DNA from: a virus
Reading direction: 5' to 3' (one strand)
IMG/VR virus record: IMGVR_UViG_3300028602_000019
Coordinates: 1-52,984 of that record
Length of the DNA: 52,984 bases
The first letter of the stretch is position 1. Each line of letters starts with the position of its first letter. Position numbers and translations under genes: made by a program. The notes under the pieces are model-generated. The model did not search any database. It had not been told where the DNA came from and was given only the letters and a program-made list of their open reading frames with translations. Below are positions 7,369 through 16,407 of the stretch, in pieces.

Positions 7369-7788
7369 TTATGTTTTTTCAGGCAGATTATATGTAGGGT
7401 ATGAAACGGTTTGTGGGTATCCTTTCTGATTGACTGTATCAGATACTTGAAGATTAAAGTTATCTATATATTGACAACATAATTCTGAATACTCTAAATC
7501 TACATTGTTACGAACGTTGCGAGCATATTTGAGATAGTCATCATCTGTTGCTGAGTGAAGTTTTACTCTTTCCTGTAAACGCTCTTCAACTGTCCATATT
7601 TTCACTTCGTACTGCTCTTTTATCAATTGTCCATCTTTTACTTTCCAAGCATAATGTTGCCTTATTGCAAATGTATTATTATATGTGGTATCATCTACTT
7701 CTATATTGCCCACAGATTCACTTTGCTCAAAATGCAATGGATACCTATCACAAACCCACCCATCTATATTATAATATATCTGTTTCAT
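7369..7788 (-). CDS. Hypothetical tail-module protein
   Basis: The ORF track gives a GTG start at 7806. The ATG at 7788 has an AGAGGT ribosome-binding site 6 nt upstream. Lies between a baseplate-type gene and the fibre gene. Confidence 0.5.
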   Translation of the reverse strand: MKQIYYNIDGWVCDRYPLHFEQSESVGNIEVDDTTYNNTFAIRQHYAWKVKDGQLIKEQYEVKIWTVEERLQERVKLHSATDDDYLKYARNVRNNVDLEYSELCCQYIDNFNLQVSDTVNQKGYPQTVSYPTYNLPEKT

Positions 7789-7798
7789 ATATGACCTC

Positions 7799-10678
7799 TT
7801 ACGCACCTACTACTTGCCCTAACGTCATCCATATTATCTTATTACATCCATTAGGAATTCTTACTACAAAAGACGTAGTTGATTTACTAACTATTTTTAA
7901 ATCTGTTCCTACTGTATTGTTTGTATATGGAATTGCCATCGCATAATAATATGTATTTATATATGTATGACCTATGGTGATTGTTTCATCGGTATTATCG
8001 TCAACATCTGATTCAGAATATGTAATTTCACAAGGATATATTGGGCCACCACTCATCTTTTCAGTGATTCCAATTCCATAATTAGTTACTCCGTTTTGAA
8101 CAATACTGCATTTATTAGCAGTTCCTGTTCTGAATCCCATATATATTCCATCATTATTCACTGTAGTTCCGCCTGTGAAAAATGTATCCGCATGTAAAAC
8201 AGAATGAACAGCAGTTGAACCATAAATATTATTTGAAAACGCAGAACCTGTATCAGAACCATAACCTATTGATATCTTTCCATATCCTGCACTTCCACTT
8301 TGACTTGCTTGTAATACTAATTTATTTGTATTGCTAGTAGTATTATATGCTCTTAAGTATATGCCATCCTCAGATACAGAATATAGATTTCCGATAATAT
8401 TGTTGCTACTATCTGTGAAATTGATTGCAGAATTGGAAGAGTATGTATAATATGATTTTACAGTCAATCCAGACCCATTGAGTTTGATATATGGTGTGCC
8501 TCCGTTGTATCCAGTGTTGTATGTACCAGCAGTATCTATGGAAGCTGTTAATGTAGCTCCGTTATATACTTGCATTCCAGTCGAATTGAGTTTGATTGCT
8601 CCTCCACCTGCAATGATATTACCATCAGAACCAACCGAACATTGCAATACTGAACTGGTATTATATGTCTTAAGACCATAAGAATTCAATAATACTGCAC
8701 CAGACCCTGCCGTGATGGCACCATTAGAGCTGATAGAGCACTGAAGCACCGAACTGGTATTGTAAGTCCTCATACCATTATCATCGAGCACCACGGCTCC
8801 TCCACCTGCCATGAATTTACCATTAGAGTTGAAGTAAGCCTGTATCACTCCGTTGTCATAACCTGCTAATCTGTATAAGCTGACATCGGAGTTCTTCTCC
8901 ATTATCAACCCAGTGAATCCTGCTCTATCGTCTACCAATTTAGATAATGTCTGATTTCCTACAACAATCTTGGAGACGGGCTTATCCCACGTAATAGTAT
9001 CCTCAGTTCCTTCTTCAGTGGCTGTTTGAGCCGAGGAAGTCAATCCTGAAATCTGACCCTGTGCATCCATGAATTGAGGGTTTCCAAAAGTCAAAGTTGT
9101 TACACAACTAGGATATGACAACATAATGCAAGACAGAGGAACGTTATACATCGTCAATCCATTCTGCACATCTTCTATCACACCAAGCATAGTATATGGT
9201 GCGAATCTGCTTACTCTTTGATTGCCATCATCGACATAATCAAATCTAGTCCACACTCCGCTTAAATACTTATAGAAAGTTATCATGAATCCAGCAGATA
9301 CTTTTCCTATATCTCCTTCTTGAACAGAAGCATCAGTAGGCAATCCTGCCACCGATGATGCAGTCCATTGATATTCGCTGACTTCACTTTCGCTTCCTAT
9401 CTCAGACATCGTGAACTGAATCGCATCCATCGGCTTATAATTGGTTACAATCCTATTCAAAGCTATCTTTCTGGTTTGAAGATTCCTATCGTAGTTATCT
9501 GTAGTTGCAGGGTCTGTCGGATTGCTTTCAGGATAAGGAAGATAAATTGAATCTCCTTCTTCATTCATGGAAACATCACTGATGGCGATAGTGGTCGCAT
9601 AGTTCTCAGCCGTTACCATCTGACTCGTTTGAACATAAGTAGAGCCTTGGTCTTCATTATCTATGATTGTGTAGATGTCTAAAGATTTGATAGTGGTAGG
9701 GTCTCCTTCTGTTAATTGTGTATATGCCTCCCCATTATCTAAGTGCATCTTATAGAGATAAGAATACTGAGATGCTGAATTGGAAGGATTATAATCTGCA
9801 AAATATGCATTATCATAGAAAAAGGGGATACGATTAGATATATATCCTATGGCTTTTATAGCATCCCAACACTTGACTATGTCTACACGACATTTGATGA
9901 TGTCGTTCTCATCCAACAATACTGATGCATTCTTTATTGCTTCAATCTCTTCAGAAGTATATGTATCTAAGATGGGAATGGTTGCTGTTGTAGGCACTTG
10001 TGTGTAATCATACATGTATCCTGTGTCGCAAACACAAGTAGGAATTGTATATCCAGCACCATTGACTGCAACGAATCTGAATAAGTTAGTACCATTTCCC
10101 ATAATATAATTTGTAACCACAGAATAAACTGTATCCTTGAGAGATACTGTAACGCTGAAGTCCACATAATATGATGGCAATGTAACTTCATTGAAATAAT
10201 ATCTGATTAGATATATGCCTTCATCTGTAACTGAATCCGTTAATATAGTTAAAGGATTAGATTTAGCTACATCATAGCTCATATAAAAATATTTCACAGT
10301 TGATACAATCTCGAAATTTATAGAGCAGATTGAACTCAGATTGATAGAACTTTTAAGTTTATATGCCTTATTATAGCATAAGAATGTGATAGTATCCTCT
10401 TCAGAATCATGTCTCTCTATATACATATCATATGATTCACCATATGCTTCGACATGGATTGTAGTTTTCCCATTTATGATTGCAGGATGTGTTAATCCAA
10501 ATTGACTCCAATACAAATCATCTGAATTGAAATATGCTTTCTTAACTAATACTTCAGCCATTGCGAAAGGCTGATTCCTTCCATATGTATAATTTATACG
10601 AGAAGTAATGGTAGATATGTCGTATGCTATTCCTTCTGCATCATATATGATTACTATGGGTTCTGAAACTGTACTCAT
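7799..10678 (-). CDS. Large tail tip/baseplate protein (959 aa)
   Basis: Size and position two genes downstream of the tape measure; contains 3 x 31-aa repeats. No motif-level identification. Confidence 0.5.
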   Translation of the reverse strand: MSTVSEPIVIIYDAEGIAYDISTITSRINYTYGRNQPFAMAEVLVKKAYFNSDDLYWSQFGLTHPAIINGKTTIHVEAYGESYDMYIERHDSEEDTITFLCYNKAYKLKSSINLSSICSINFEIVSTVKYFYMSYDVAKSNPLTILTDSVTDEGIYLIRYYFNEVTLPSYYVDFSVTVSLKDTVYSVVTNYIMGNGTNLFRFVAVNGAGYTIPTCVCDTGYMYDYTQVPTTATIPILDTYTSEEIEAIKNASVLLDENDIIKCRVDIVKCWDAIKAIGYISNRIPFFYDNAYFADYNPSNSASQYSYLYKMHLDNGEAYTQLTEGDPTTIKSLDIYTIIDNEDQGSTYVQTSQMVTAENYATTIAISDVSMNEEGDSIYLPYPESNPTDPATTDNYDRNLQTRKIALNRIVTNYKPMDAIQFTMSEIGSESEVSEYQWTASSVAGLPTDASVQEGDIGKVSAGFMITFYKYLSGVWTRFDYVDDGNQRVSRFAPYTMLGVIEDVQNGLTMYNVPLSCIMLSYPSCVTTLTFGNPQFMDAQGQISGLTSSAQTATEEGTEDTITWDKPVSKIVVGNQTLSKLVDDRAGFTGLIMEKNSDVSLYRLAGYDNGVIQAYFNSNGKFMAGGGAVVLDDNGMRTYNTSSVLQCSISSNGAITAGSGAVLLNSYGLKTYNTSSVLQCSVGSDGNIIAGGGAIKLNSTGMQVYNGATLTASIDTAGTYNTGYNGGTPYIKLNGSGLTVKSYYTYSSNSAINFTDSSNNIIGNLYSVSEDGIYLRAYNTTSNTNKLVLQASQSGSAGYGKISIGYGSDTGSAFSNNIYGSTAVHSVLHADTFFTGGTTVNNDGIYMGFRTGTANKCSIVQNGVTNYGIGITEKMSGGPIYPCEITYSESDVDDNTDETITIGHTYINTYYYAMAIPYTNNTVGTDLKIVSKSTTSFVVRIPNGCNKIIWMTLGQVVGA
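8552..8830 (-). repeat. Three tandem 93-nt coding repeats
   Basis: Protein repeats NG...AG.GAV.L...G..TYNTSSVLQCS occur three times, read directly from the translation. Confidence 0.75.
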
Positions 10679-11898
10679 GTTACTATTTCTCCTGGTGATG
10701 CTGTATATGGTTTATACAATGTTTCTCCATATTTGAATCTCTCTGTAAGAGTTATAGAGTATTCTAATAATCCTGGAACGGTATCGCTGAATGTGGCAGA
10801 CATTGCCGTAACCGCTACATTCCATCCTTTCTGACTCTCACTCCCATCGGGTACAAAGTATATAAACCTATTGTCGGTAGGGTCCGTATTCCCTATATAA
10901 AAACAGTATCCTTTCAATACTACTTGTATCTTCGATAGAAGCCATGTTAATCCTATATAACAATATCCATGACCGTCGGGAGAATTACCTATGTCTATAT
11001 CTGTTGCAAAATTCAATTCGGTGTTTATGAAATCCCAATTGGATATCGTCTCTTCCCAGTCATATCTTTTCCCTGTAATTTTGAATGTGCGTACTGGACC
11101 GCTTGTATCGAATATCTGAGTGCGCGATGCAGGTTTGTCAGGCAACCCCATTGTACTGGTAGTACCAGAGATAGACATGCTGATTGAATCCACATGCTTT
11201 AATTCCCAAGGACACAAATATATATTGTGCAAAATTCCAAAGGAATCTGTGAATTGAATGTATTTTTTAACCGTTGAACCTGGTGATGTCACTCTTGTGA
11301 CAATCGCATACATGTTGGATATTGTAACGATGAGGTCTTTTGATGGGGTGGATGTTTCTTCGTTATACGTTATGGTGACATATTCTAAAGTAGCAGTGGA
11401 TAAGACAGAGGATGATATTGTCAACGAGAAATGCGTAGATTGGTCCGTAGTGCTCTTAGTCCAAGGATAAGAAGCCGAATATGTAGTTTCAACTGAAGTA
11501 CTATTATTTATATATGTAGCAGACATCGTGAAGCTTCCCTGCGTAGAAGGACGATTTATCGCATCAGGTTGAACCTCCACTAAACATACGCAAGATAAGA
11601 CTACACTATAAGCTGTACTTAAACTAGACAACATTCCTGTGGGCGTAGTTATGGTGAGCGATGCATCGCCTGAGGGTCTGGTGAAAGAAGTATATGCAGA
11701 TGTGTCTGTGATGATGGCTGGAAATTCAGAAGAACCGAATATATAGTTGACATTAGATACAGATGTAGAATACAAATTCAATATAGCAGACATAGTAGAT
11801 GTCGTGTTAGAGTATGTTGCATTTGTTGTAGTCGATGCTATCATTGGATTATTAGAACCGTATGTTCCCAATCTGAACGTATATGCTGAATCTTCCAT
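10675..11898 (-). CDS. Tail/baseplate structural protein (407 aa)
   Basis: Position in the tail module; its start overlaps the upstream gene. No motif recognised. Confidence 0.45.
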   Translation of the reverse strand: MEDSAYTFRLGTYGSNNPMIASTTTNATYSNTTSTMSAILNLYSTSVSNVNYIFGSSEFPAIITDTSAYTSFTRPSGDASLTITTPTGMLSSLSTAYSVVLSCVCLVEVQPDAINRPSTQGSFTMSATYINNSTSVETTYSASYPWTKSTTDQSTHFSLTISSSVLSTATLEYVTITYNEETSTPSKDLIVTISNMYAIVTRVTSPGSTVKKYIQFTDSFGILHNIYLCPWELKHVDSISMSISGTTSTMGLPDKPASRTQIFDTSGPVRTFKITGKRYDWEETISNWDFINTELNFATDIDIGNSPDGHGYCYIGLTWLLSKIQVVLKGYCFYIGNTDPTDNRFIYFVPDGSESQKGWNVAVTAMSATFSDTVPGLLEYSITLTERFKYGETLYKPYTASPGEIVT

Positions 11899-11899
11899 T

Positions 11900-12472
11900 T
11901 TAAGTACTTCCTGACGTATTATAGCCTAATAATGCATTCCTCTGTATAAAGTTCAAAGATACATCTATCGAATTAGGACTCTCCAAATCTAATGTTATAT
12001 CTATCGAATTGATGAATACGAATAGAGATTTGGGTTCGGTCTGCAATTCTGTTCTTTTCTCAATAATCTCTAAAGGAGTGAGATTGTCATAATCGCTTTT
12101 CTGCATAGTTGTAAGATTATACATTCTTAGAACATATGCGCTTTGTGTCATCTGAATTGCTGTTCTCATTGCGATTATAGCTTCAATGAATGCTTTGTTG
12201 GAGTATGTGTTAGGGTGGTCATCATCCGCATCAGATGGGTTCACACGGGTGCTTGTAAGGGCTATCTGCATGACTGCACCCGCTGTGCCATCTACAAACA
12301 CGGCTGTACTCGTGTCTTGCCCTAGAACGCCCACTGTTGACGATGTATAAGAGATTGTGAGAGGGAGTGTCGATGCACTTCCTATGAACATGAAATTAGA
12401 ATCTGCAACATAACCTGTATTGTCCGCAGGTACAGTTGAAATCCATAATGAGTATTGTCCGTTTAAAGACAT
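11900..12472 (-). CDS. Tail structural protein in the distal-tail-protein position (190 aa)
   Basis: Lies immediately downstream of the tape measure gene. The call is positional only. Confidence 0.4.
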   Translation of the reverse strand: MSLNGQYSLWISTVPADNTGYVADSNFMFIGSASTLPLTISYTSSTVGVLGQDTSTAVFVDGTAGAVMQIALTSTRVNPSDADDDHPNTYSNKAFIEAIIAMRTAIQMTQSAYVLRMYNLTTMQKSDYDNLTPLEIIEKRTELQTEPKSLFVFINSIDITLDLESPNSIDVSLNFIQRNALLGYNTSGST

Positions 12473-12476
12473 CTAA

Positions 12477-14411
12477 TCACCTGAAATATCCTTTGTTAGC
12501 CACGTTAGTCACATTCTTGCGTACAACCTGTTGGAAATCTGTTTTAGACATCACATCTCCTGTCAATTGCACCACTATTGTGTTATCTTTTCCTACTCCT
12601 TCTAATTCTTCATCTGTCAATCTGTATTCTCCTTCTCCGCCTTCCCCTGCAATTACTGGAATTCCTCCATTATATGCAGGAAATTTACCTCCGTTAGCAG
12701 CAGCTGTAAGATTAAGATTCAAATCCCCTGCATCCGAACCTGTGGAAGTAGTGGCTAAATTTGACAACGATTCTGATAGCTTGTCAATCGCTTCAAAATC
12801 TGTATCGGATAATGTTGTAGAATCTGAACTGCTCCCTCCTACGAAATTCATAAAGAAATCGGCGATTTTCAACATAGCTTTGAATACTGCTGTAATAGTT
12901 GTAACTAGATTGGATGCATTGTTCTTAATCCACCCCATCACATCCACTCCGAACTGCAAGAATATTTCTAGTAATCCTGCATTCATCAAAGCTTTGAATG
13001 CAGCCAATCCTTGTGTAATGAAATTTAATAATAGAACTTTGTTCTTTACTATGTCATTTACGAACGATATTGCGAAATCCAATAAATCTGGCATCAACTT
13101 CAAAATCTCTGGAAGAAACTCTTTTATGAATTGAACTGCTAATGCCGTAGCCTGTTCTAATAAACTAGATACTATGGATTCCAATTCTTCGTTTGTTATT
13201 CCTGTCAAACTGAAAAAATCAGAGAACTGCTGACCCGTTTCAATAGCCCAGTCTAATAATTCTAATACATAAGGTAATAATACTAATGCGAAAGAATTCA
13301 TAAACGGCATGAAGAATAATGTGAATGCAAGATTCAGCAATTCTAACATGGCTTTGAGGATAGGAGATGTGAGTGCTATCTTTTTGAACAATTTGAATAT
13401 GGATGTGAGTGTAGAAGCGAAGATGTTGAATCCAGATTGAATAGCCTGAACCGCAATAGATATGATTGATGAAATTACCTTTAGAATTGCAGAGGCTAAT
13501 GAAGCTGCAACGGCTGCTGATGACTTTCCACTTCCTTCTTCACTATCGCTTCCTCCGAAAAATGAAGATATTATGCCTGAAATTGAAGATAATAAAGACG
13601 ATAAGAAGCTGAAAGCAGATGATATACTCGCTGCCATCCCACTCATAATTGATATAATCGCACTCATCGGGTCTTCAAGCATATTGCCGAATCCTGACAT
13701 AATTGCAGCTCCTGCTTGACCAACAGAAGCCATAAAAGAAGTCATAGATGCGTTGACAGCAGAAATCGTCTTACCTGCTACATCTACCAAATTATATAGT
13801 GTTCCCCATTTGGATTTACCACCACTGGATTCCTCATTTCCTGCACTAGGTGCGCTACCAGGATTTGATAGAGCAGGTTGCCCTTCTGTACTATTTGGAG
13901 AGACCGATGCTTTAACATTCAGAATATAAGCTTTAGAAGATGCCTGCTTCTCATGAGTTTGCTCATTAATCTTAGGAGAGAGGTTACTCATTGAAGTTCT
14001 GGCTTTCTCTCCACCTACTTTACGATATACATCTAAAGAGCTTGCAACATCTGCAACACCAGACATTATCTTATCTAAGGCTACTAAACGAGAAGTGTCT
14101 CCTTTAGCGGTAGCAGAAGCTCCCTCTTTATCTGCTGTTTTCTTTATATCCCTTAATGTTAAATATACTCCTTTCAGAGTACTCTGAAAAGAAGCAGATT
14201 GAGAAGAGTACAATTTGTATTTTTCTGATTCATCTTCGCTGACACTCGCAATAGTTTTGATAACATCATCTAAAGATGAGGCTTGTACTTTCATCTCTGT
14301 CGAGTTCTTGTCTAAAGAATCTGTAAGGGATTTGATTGAACGCATGACCTCATGGTCTAGTAACAGAGCACTCTGGTCCAACTTATCGGCATACGTCCAA
14401 TCCCCTGGCAT
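12477..14411 (-). CDS. Tape measure protein (paralog C of three)
   Basis: Follows the G/T chaperone pair. Long helical protein with Ser/Ala/Gly-rich hydrophobic segments. Shares a ~300-aa C-terminal module with ORFs 16408..18402 and 18407..21061. Confidence 0.7.
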   Translation of the reverse strand: MPGDWTYADKLDQSALLLDHEVMRSIKSLTDSLDKNSTEMKVQASSLDDVIKTIASVSEDESEKYKLYSSQSASFQSTLKGVYLTLRDIKKTADKEGASATAKGDTSRLVALDKIMSGVADVASSLDVYRKVGGEKARTSMSNLSPKINEQTHEKQASSKAYILNVKASVSPNSTEGQPALSNPGSAPSAGNEESSGGKSKWGTLYNLVDVAGKTISAVNASMTSFMASVGQAGAAIMSGFGNMLEDPMSAIISIMSGMAASISSAFSFLSSLLSSISGIISSFFGGSDSEEGSGKSSAAVAASLASAILKVISSIISIAVQAIQSGFNIFASTLTSIFKLFKKIALTSPILKAMLELLNLAFTLFFMPFMNSFALVLLPYVLELLDWAIETGQQFSDFFSLTGITNEELESIVSSLLEQATALAVQFIKEFLPEILKLMPDLLDFAISFVNDIVKNKVLLLNFITQGLAAFKALMNAGLLEIFLQFGVDVMGWIKNNASNLVTTITAVFKAMLKIADFFMNFVGGSSSDSTTLSDTDFEAIDKLSESLSNLATTSTGSDAGDLNLNLTAAANGGKFPAYNGGIPVIAGEGGEGEYRLTDEELEGVGKDNTIVVQLTGDVMSKTDFQQVVRKNVTNVANKGYFR

Positions 14412-14415
14412 TTAT

Positions 14416-14652
14416 TTACCTTCCTTTCTTCTTACCGAACAGAGCTTCTTTTAAAGCACCCACCATCATCTTGGATGCTCTCTCTTCTTTGGCATAATAA
14501 TCTACAATAAGAAGTTTCATGTCTTGAACGGTCATATTATCCCAATCTTCAGAAGTTTTACCTCCGTTCATCATCCACTGAGCTTTAATAGAGAGTAATT
14601 GTATCTCGGAATTATCAGTTCCATTAACTATTCCTCTTCTATAACCTTCCAT
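14416..14652 (-). CDS. Tail assembly chaperone, T-like part
   Basis: Small ORF between the G-like chaperone and the tape measure. It lies in the -1 frame relative to the upstream ORF, and that frame stays open back to a CCCTTTA heptamer. Confidence 0.5.
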   Translation of the reverse strand: MEGYRRGIVNGTDNSEIQLLSIKAQWMMNGGKTSEDWDNMTVQDMKLLIVDYYAKEERASKMMVGALKEALFGKKKGR

Positions 14653-14657
14653 AGCTC

Positions 14658-15047
14658 TTATTTCTGAACCTTGCCACCTGTCCGCGCTAAAGGGAACTGT
14701 ATGCCTTCCTGGATTGCGACCATAATGTCTGTAAGAGTTTCCATCGGCAAATCTGATAATTCTTCATCTGTAATCGGTCTGAATGTGCCATCTTCCTCTT
14801 CAACGAGAGTACTGAGCTTGATATTGAACATCGTAGCTTTTATCTTATATTTCCCAGATATTAACTTCTGCAAATCTTCCTCTGTTTTCCACCCGATACC
14901 GTCTTTAGAGGCGCATTCAGTAATGTAATCTATCAATTGCATATTTGCAACACCTTTGGGAAGGCTGACACGAAGACATCCCTCTCCGCCATACTTAGTC
15001 ATATCTATCTTTTTTCCAATCGAACTCGGTACTTTGAATGCTGTCAT
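14658..15047 (-). CDS. Tail assembly chaperone, G-like
   Basis: 129-aa acidic protein between the major tail protein and the tape measure, which is the canonical synteny. An AGGAGA ribosome-binding site lies upstream. Confidence 0.55.
   Translation of the reverse strand: MTAFKVPSSIGKKIDMTKYGGEGCLRVSLPKGVANMQLIDYITECASKDGIGWKTEEDLQKLISGKYKIKATMFNIKLSTLVEEEDGTFRPITDEELSDLPMETLTDIMVAIQEGIQFPLARTGGKVQK
14688..14694 (-). promoter_or_regulatory. Candidate -1 programmed frameshift heptamer C CCT TTA
   Basis: The zero frame reads TTC CCT TTA. Slipping -1 reads CCC TTT AGC GCG GAC AGG TGG CAA GGT TCA GAA ATA AGA GCT ATG, with no stops, directly into ORF 14416..14652. Confidence 0.5.
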
Positions 15048-15072
15048 TTTTTCTCTCCTTTAAATAATATGT

Positions 15073-16341
15073 TTAAGCAGGTACATATCCTACTGCGAAT
15101 CTGATTTTTCTTGCACGTAAATCTGGCTCATCCATAATCGCACTATCTACGTTCAATGTTCTGTTTTCACTTCCAACATAAACGGTTGTCAAATCAACAT
15201 CTAAAAATATAGTCGCAACAGTCGTTCCTGCTGAAGTGTCATCCGACCTGAATTTCATATAAGGAATGGCGTTGGGCTGTTTTGAAGTTGTATATGCATT
15301 TCCTATCGTAACTCCGCTTACAGCTTGGTCTGCAAAAGTAGTTCCATACATATAGCTGAGATATTTATTAGGATTGTTGGAATAGGTGGATGTGCTCAAC
15401 TCCACTGTCTGTGTTCCGATACTAAACGATGAATAATAATTCTTCAAACAGTTACCGCGCTTTTCAGAATTGTTGGAAAGAGTGACACTCATAGAATCGG
15501 TTTGTGCAATCGGCACATACCCTGCGCCAGTATCTGTGTCCACACTCAAACATCCTGTTGCAAGAACTGTTGTAGGAACATCTGAAAGAATAGCGTTATA
15601 ATCAAAAACATAAGAAGTTGTTGAAATCCATTCATTCAATGCAACTCCTTCAATAGAGAATTTTACAGCTGCATCACTGCCTGATTCCTGAGTGATAGTG
15701 AATGAATCAATCATACAGCCTGTAATCACACCATATTCATTCAATCCGCCAAATGTTGTATTGCTGTTGATAATTTCATAACCTAAATCAAAATATGTAG
15801 GTCCATCTAGATTAACATATGAATAAACATTAATATTCATGCCTGCGGTAGCAGTAGCTGTTGCCTTATATGTATCAAAATCATATTCTAAGATGGGTGT
15901 CGTATATGTAGTTCCGCTTGTAGTTACATAGCCCACTGTCGCGCTTCCTTCTGCCAGTGCAAATGTAGATGAGGATGTAATAAGAATAGGCTGAGACAAT
16001 ACTCCGTATTCCAGCCATCCAGAATACTCTGGTACAAAAGCACCACTCAATGAAAATGATACTTCGTAATTTCCTGATGTTTCTGTAGTGAATTCACGAT
16101 TTCCGATATCGGTAAGATAGTTATTGTTTCTGCTACGATTTATAGAAATCTCGATTCCAGCACCAACTCTCTGAGTGAGATGATGAAGACAATCTTCTTT
16201 CGTGCTTGCAGTATAATCTGACCTGAATATGGGTAAGCGTGTTCCGCTTATACCGCCTCCTACATAAGGTAACTCGGCAGGACCTAGACCTGAGGGTCTT
16301 GTAAGTTTACCTATTCCAACATTTGCTCTATATCCTGACAT
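15073..16341 (-). CDS. Major tail protein (422 aa)
   Basis: Has its own late promoter copy and sits immediately upstream of the chaperone pair and tape measure. No separate sheath/tube pair is seen. Confidence 0.55.
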   Translation of the reverse strand: MSGYRANVGIGKLTRPSGLGPAELPYVGGGISGTRLPIFRSDYTASTKEDCLHHLTQRVGAGIEISINRSRNNNYLTDIGNREFTTETSGNYEVSFSLSGAFVPEYSGWLEYGVLSQPILITSSSTFALAEGSATVGYVTTSGTTYTTPILEYDFDTYKATATATAGMNINVYSYVNLDGPTYFDLGYEIINSNTTFGGLNEYGVITGCMIDSFTITQESGSDAAVKFSIEGVALNEWISTTSYVFDYNAILSDVPTTVLATGCLSVDTDTGAGYVPIAQTDSMSVTLSNNSEKRGNCLKNYYSSFSIGTQTVELSTSTYSNNPNKYLSYMYGTTFADQAVSGVTIGNAYTTSKQPNAIPYMKFRSDDTSAGTTVATIFLDVDLTTVYVGSENRTLNVDSAIMDEPDLRARKIRFAVGYVPA

Positions 16342-16364
16342 GAGTTAACTCCACCCCATAAGGG

Positions 16365-16392
16365 GTTATAAATTAGGATATGTGATTTAGAA
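16365..16392 (-). promoter_or_regulatory. Late promoter motif copy 2
   Basis: The minus strand reads CCTTTTATATTTCTAAATCACATATCCT, ~43 nt upstream of the ATG at 16341. Confidence 0.6.
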
Positions 16393-16407
16393 ATATAAAA
16401 GGTCTAA

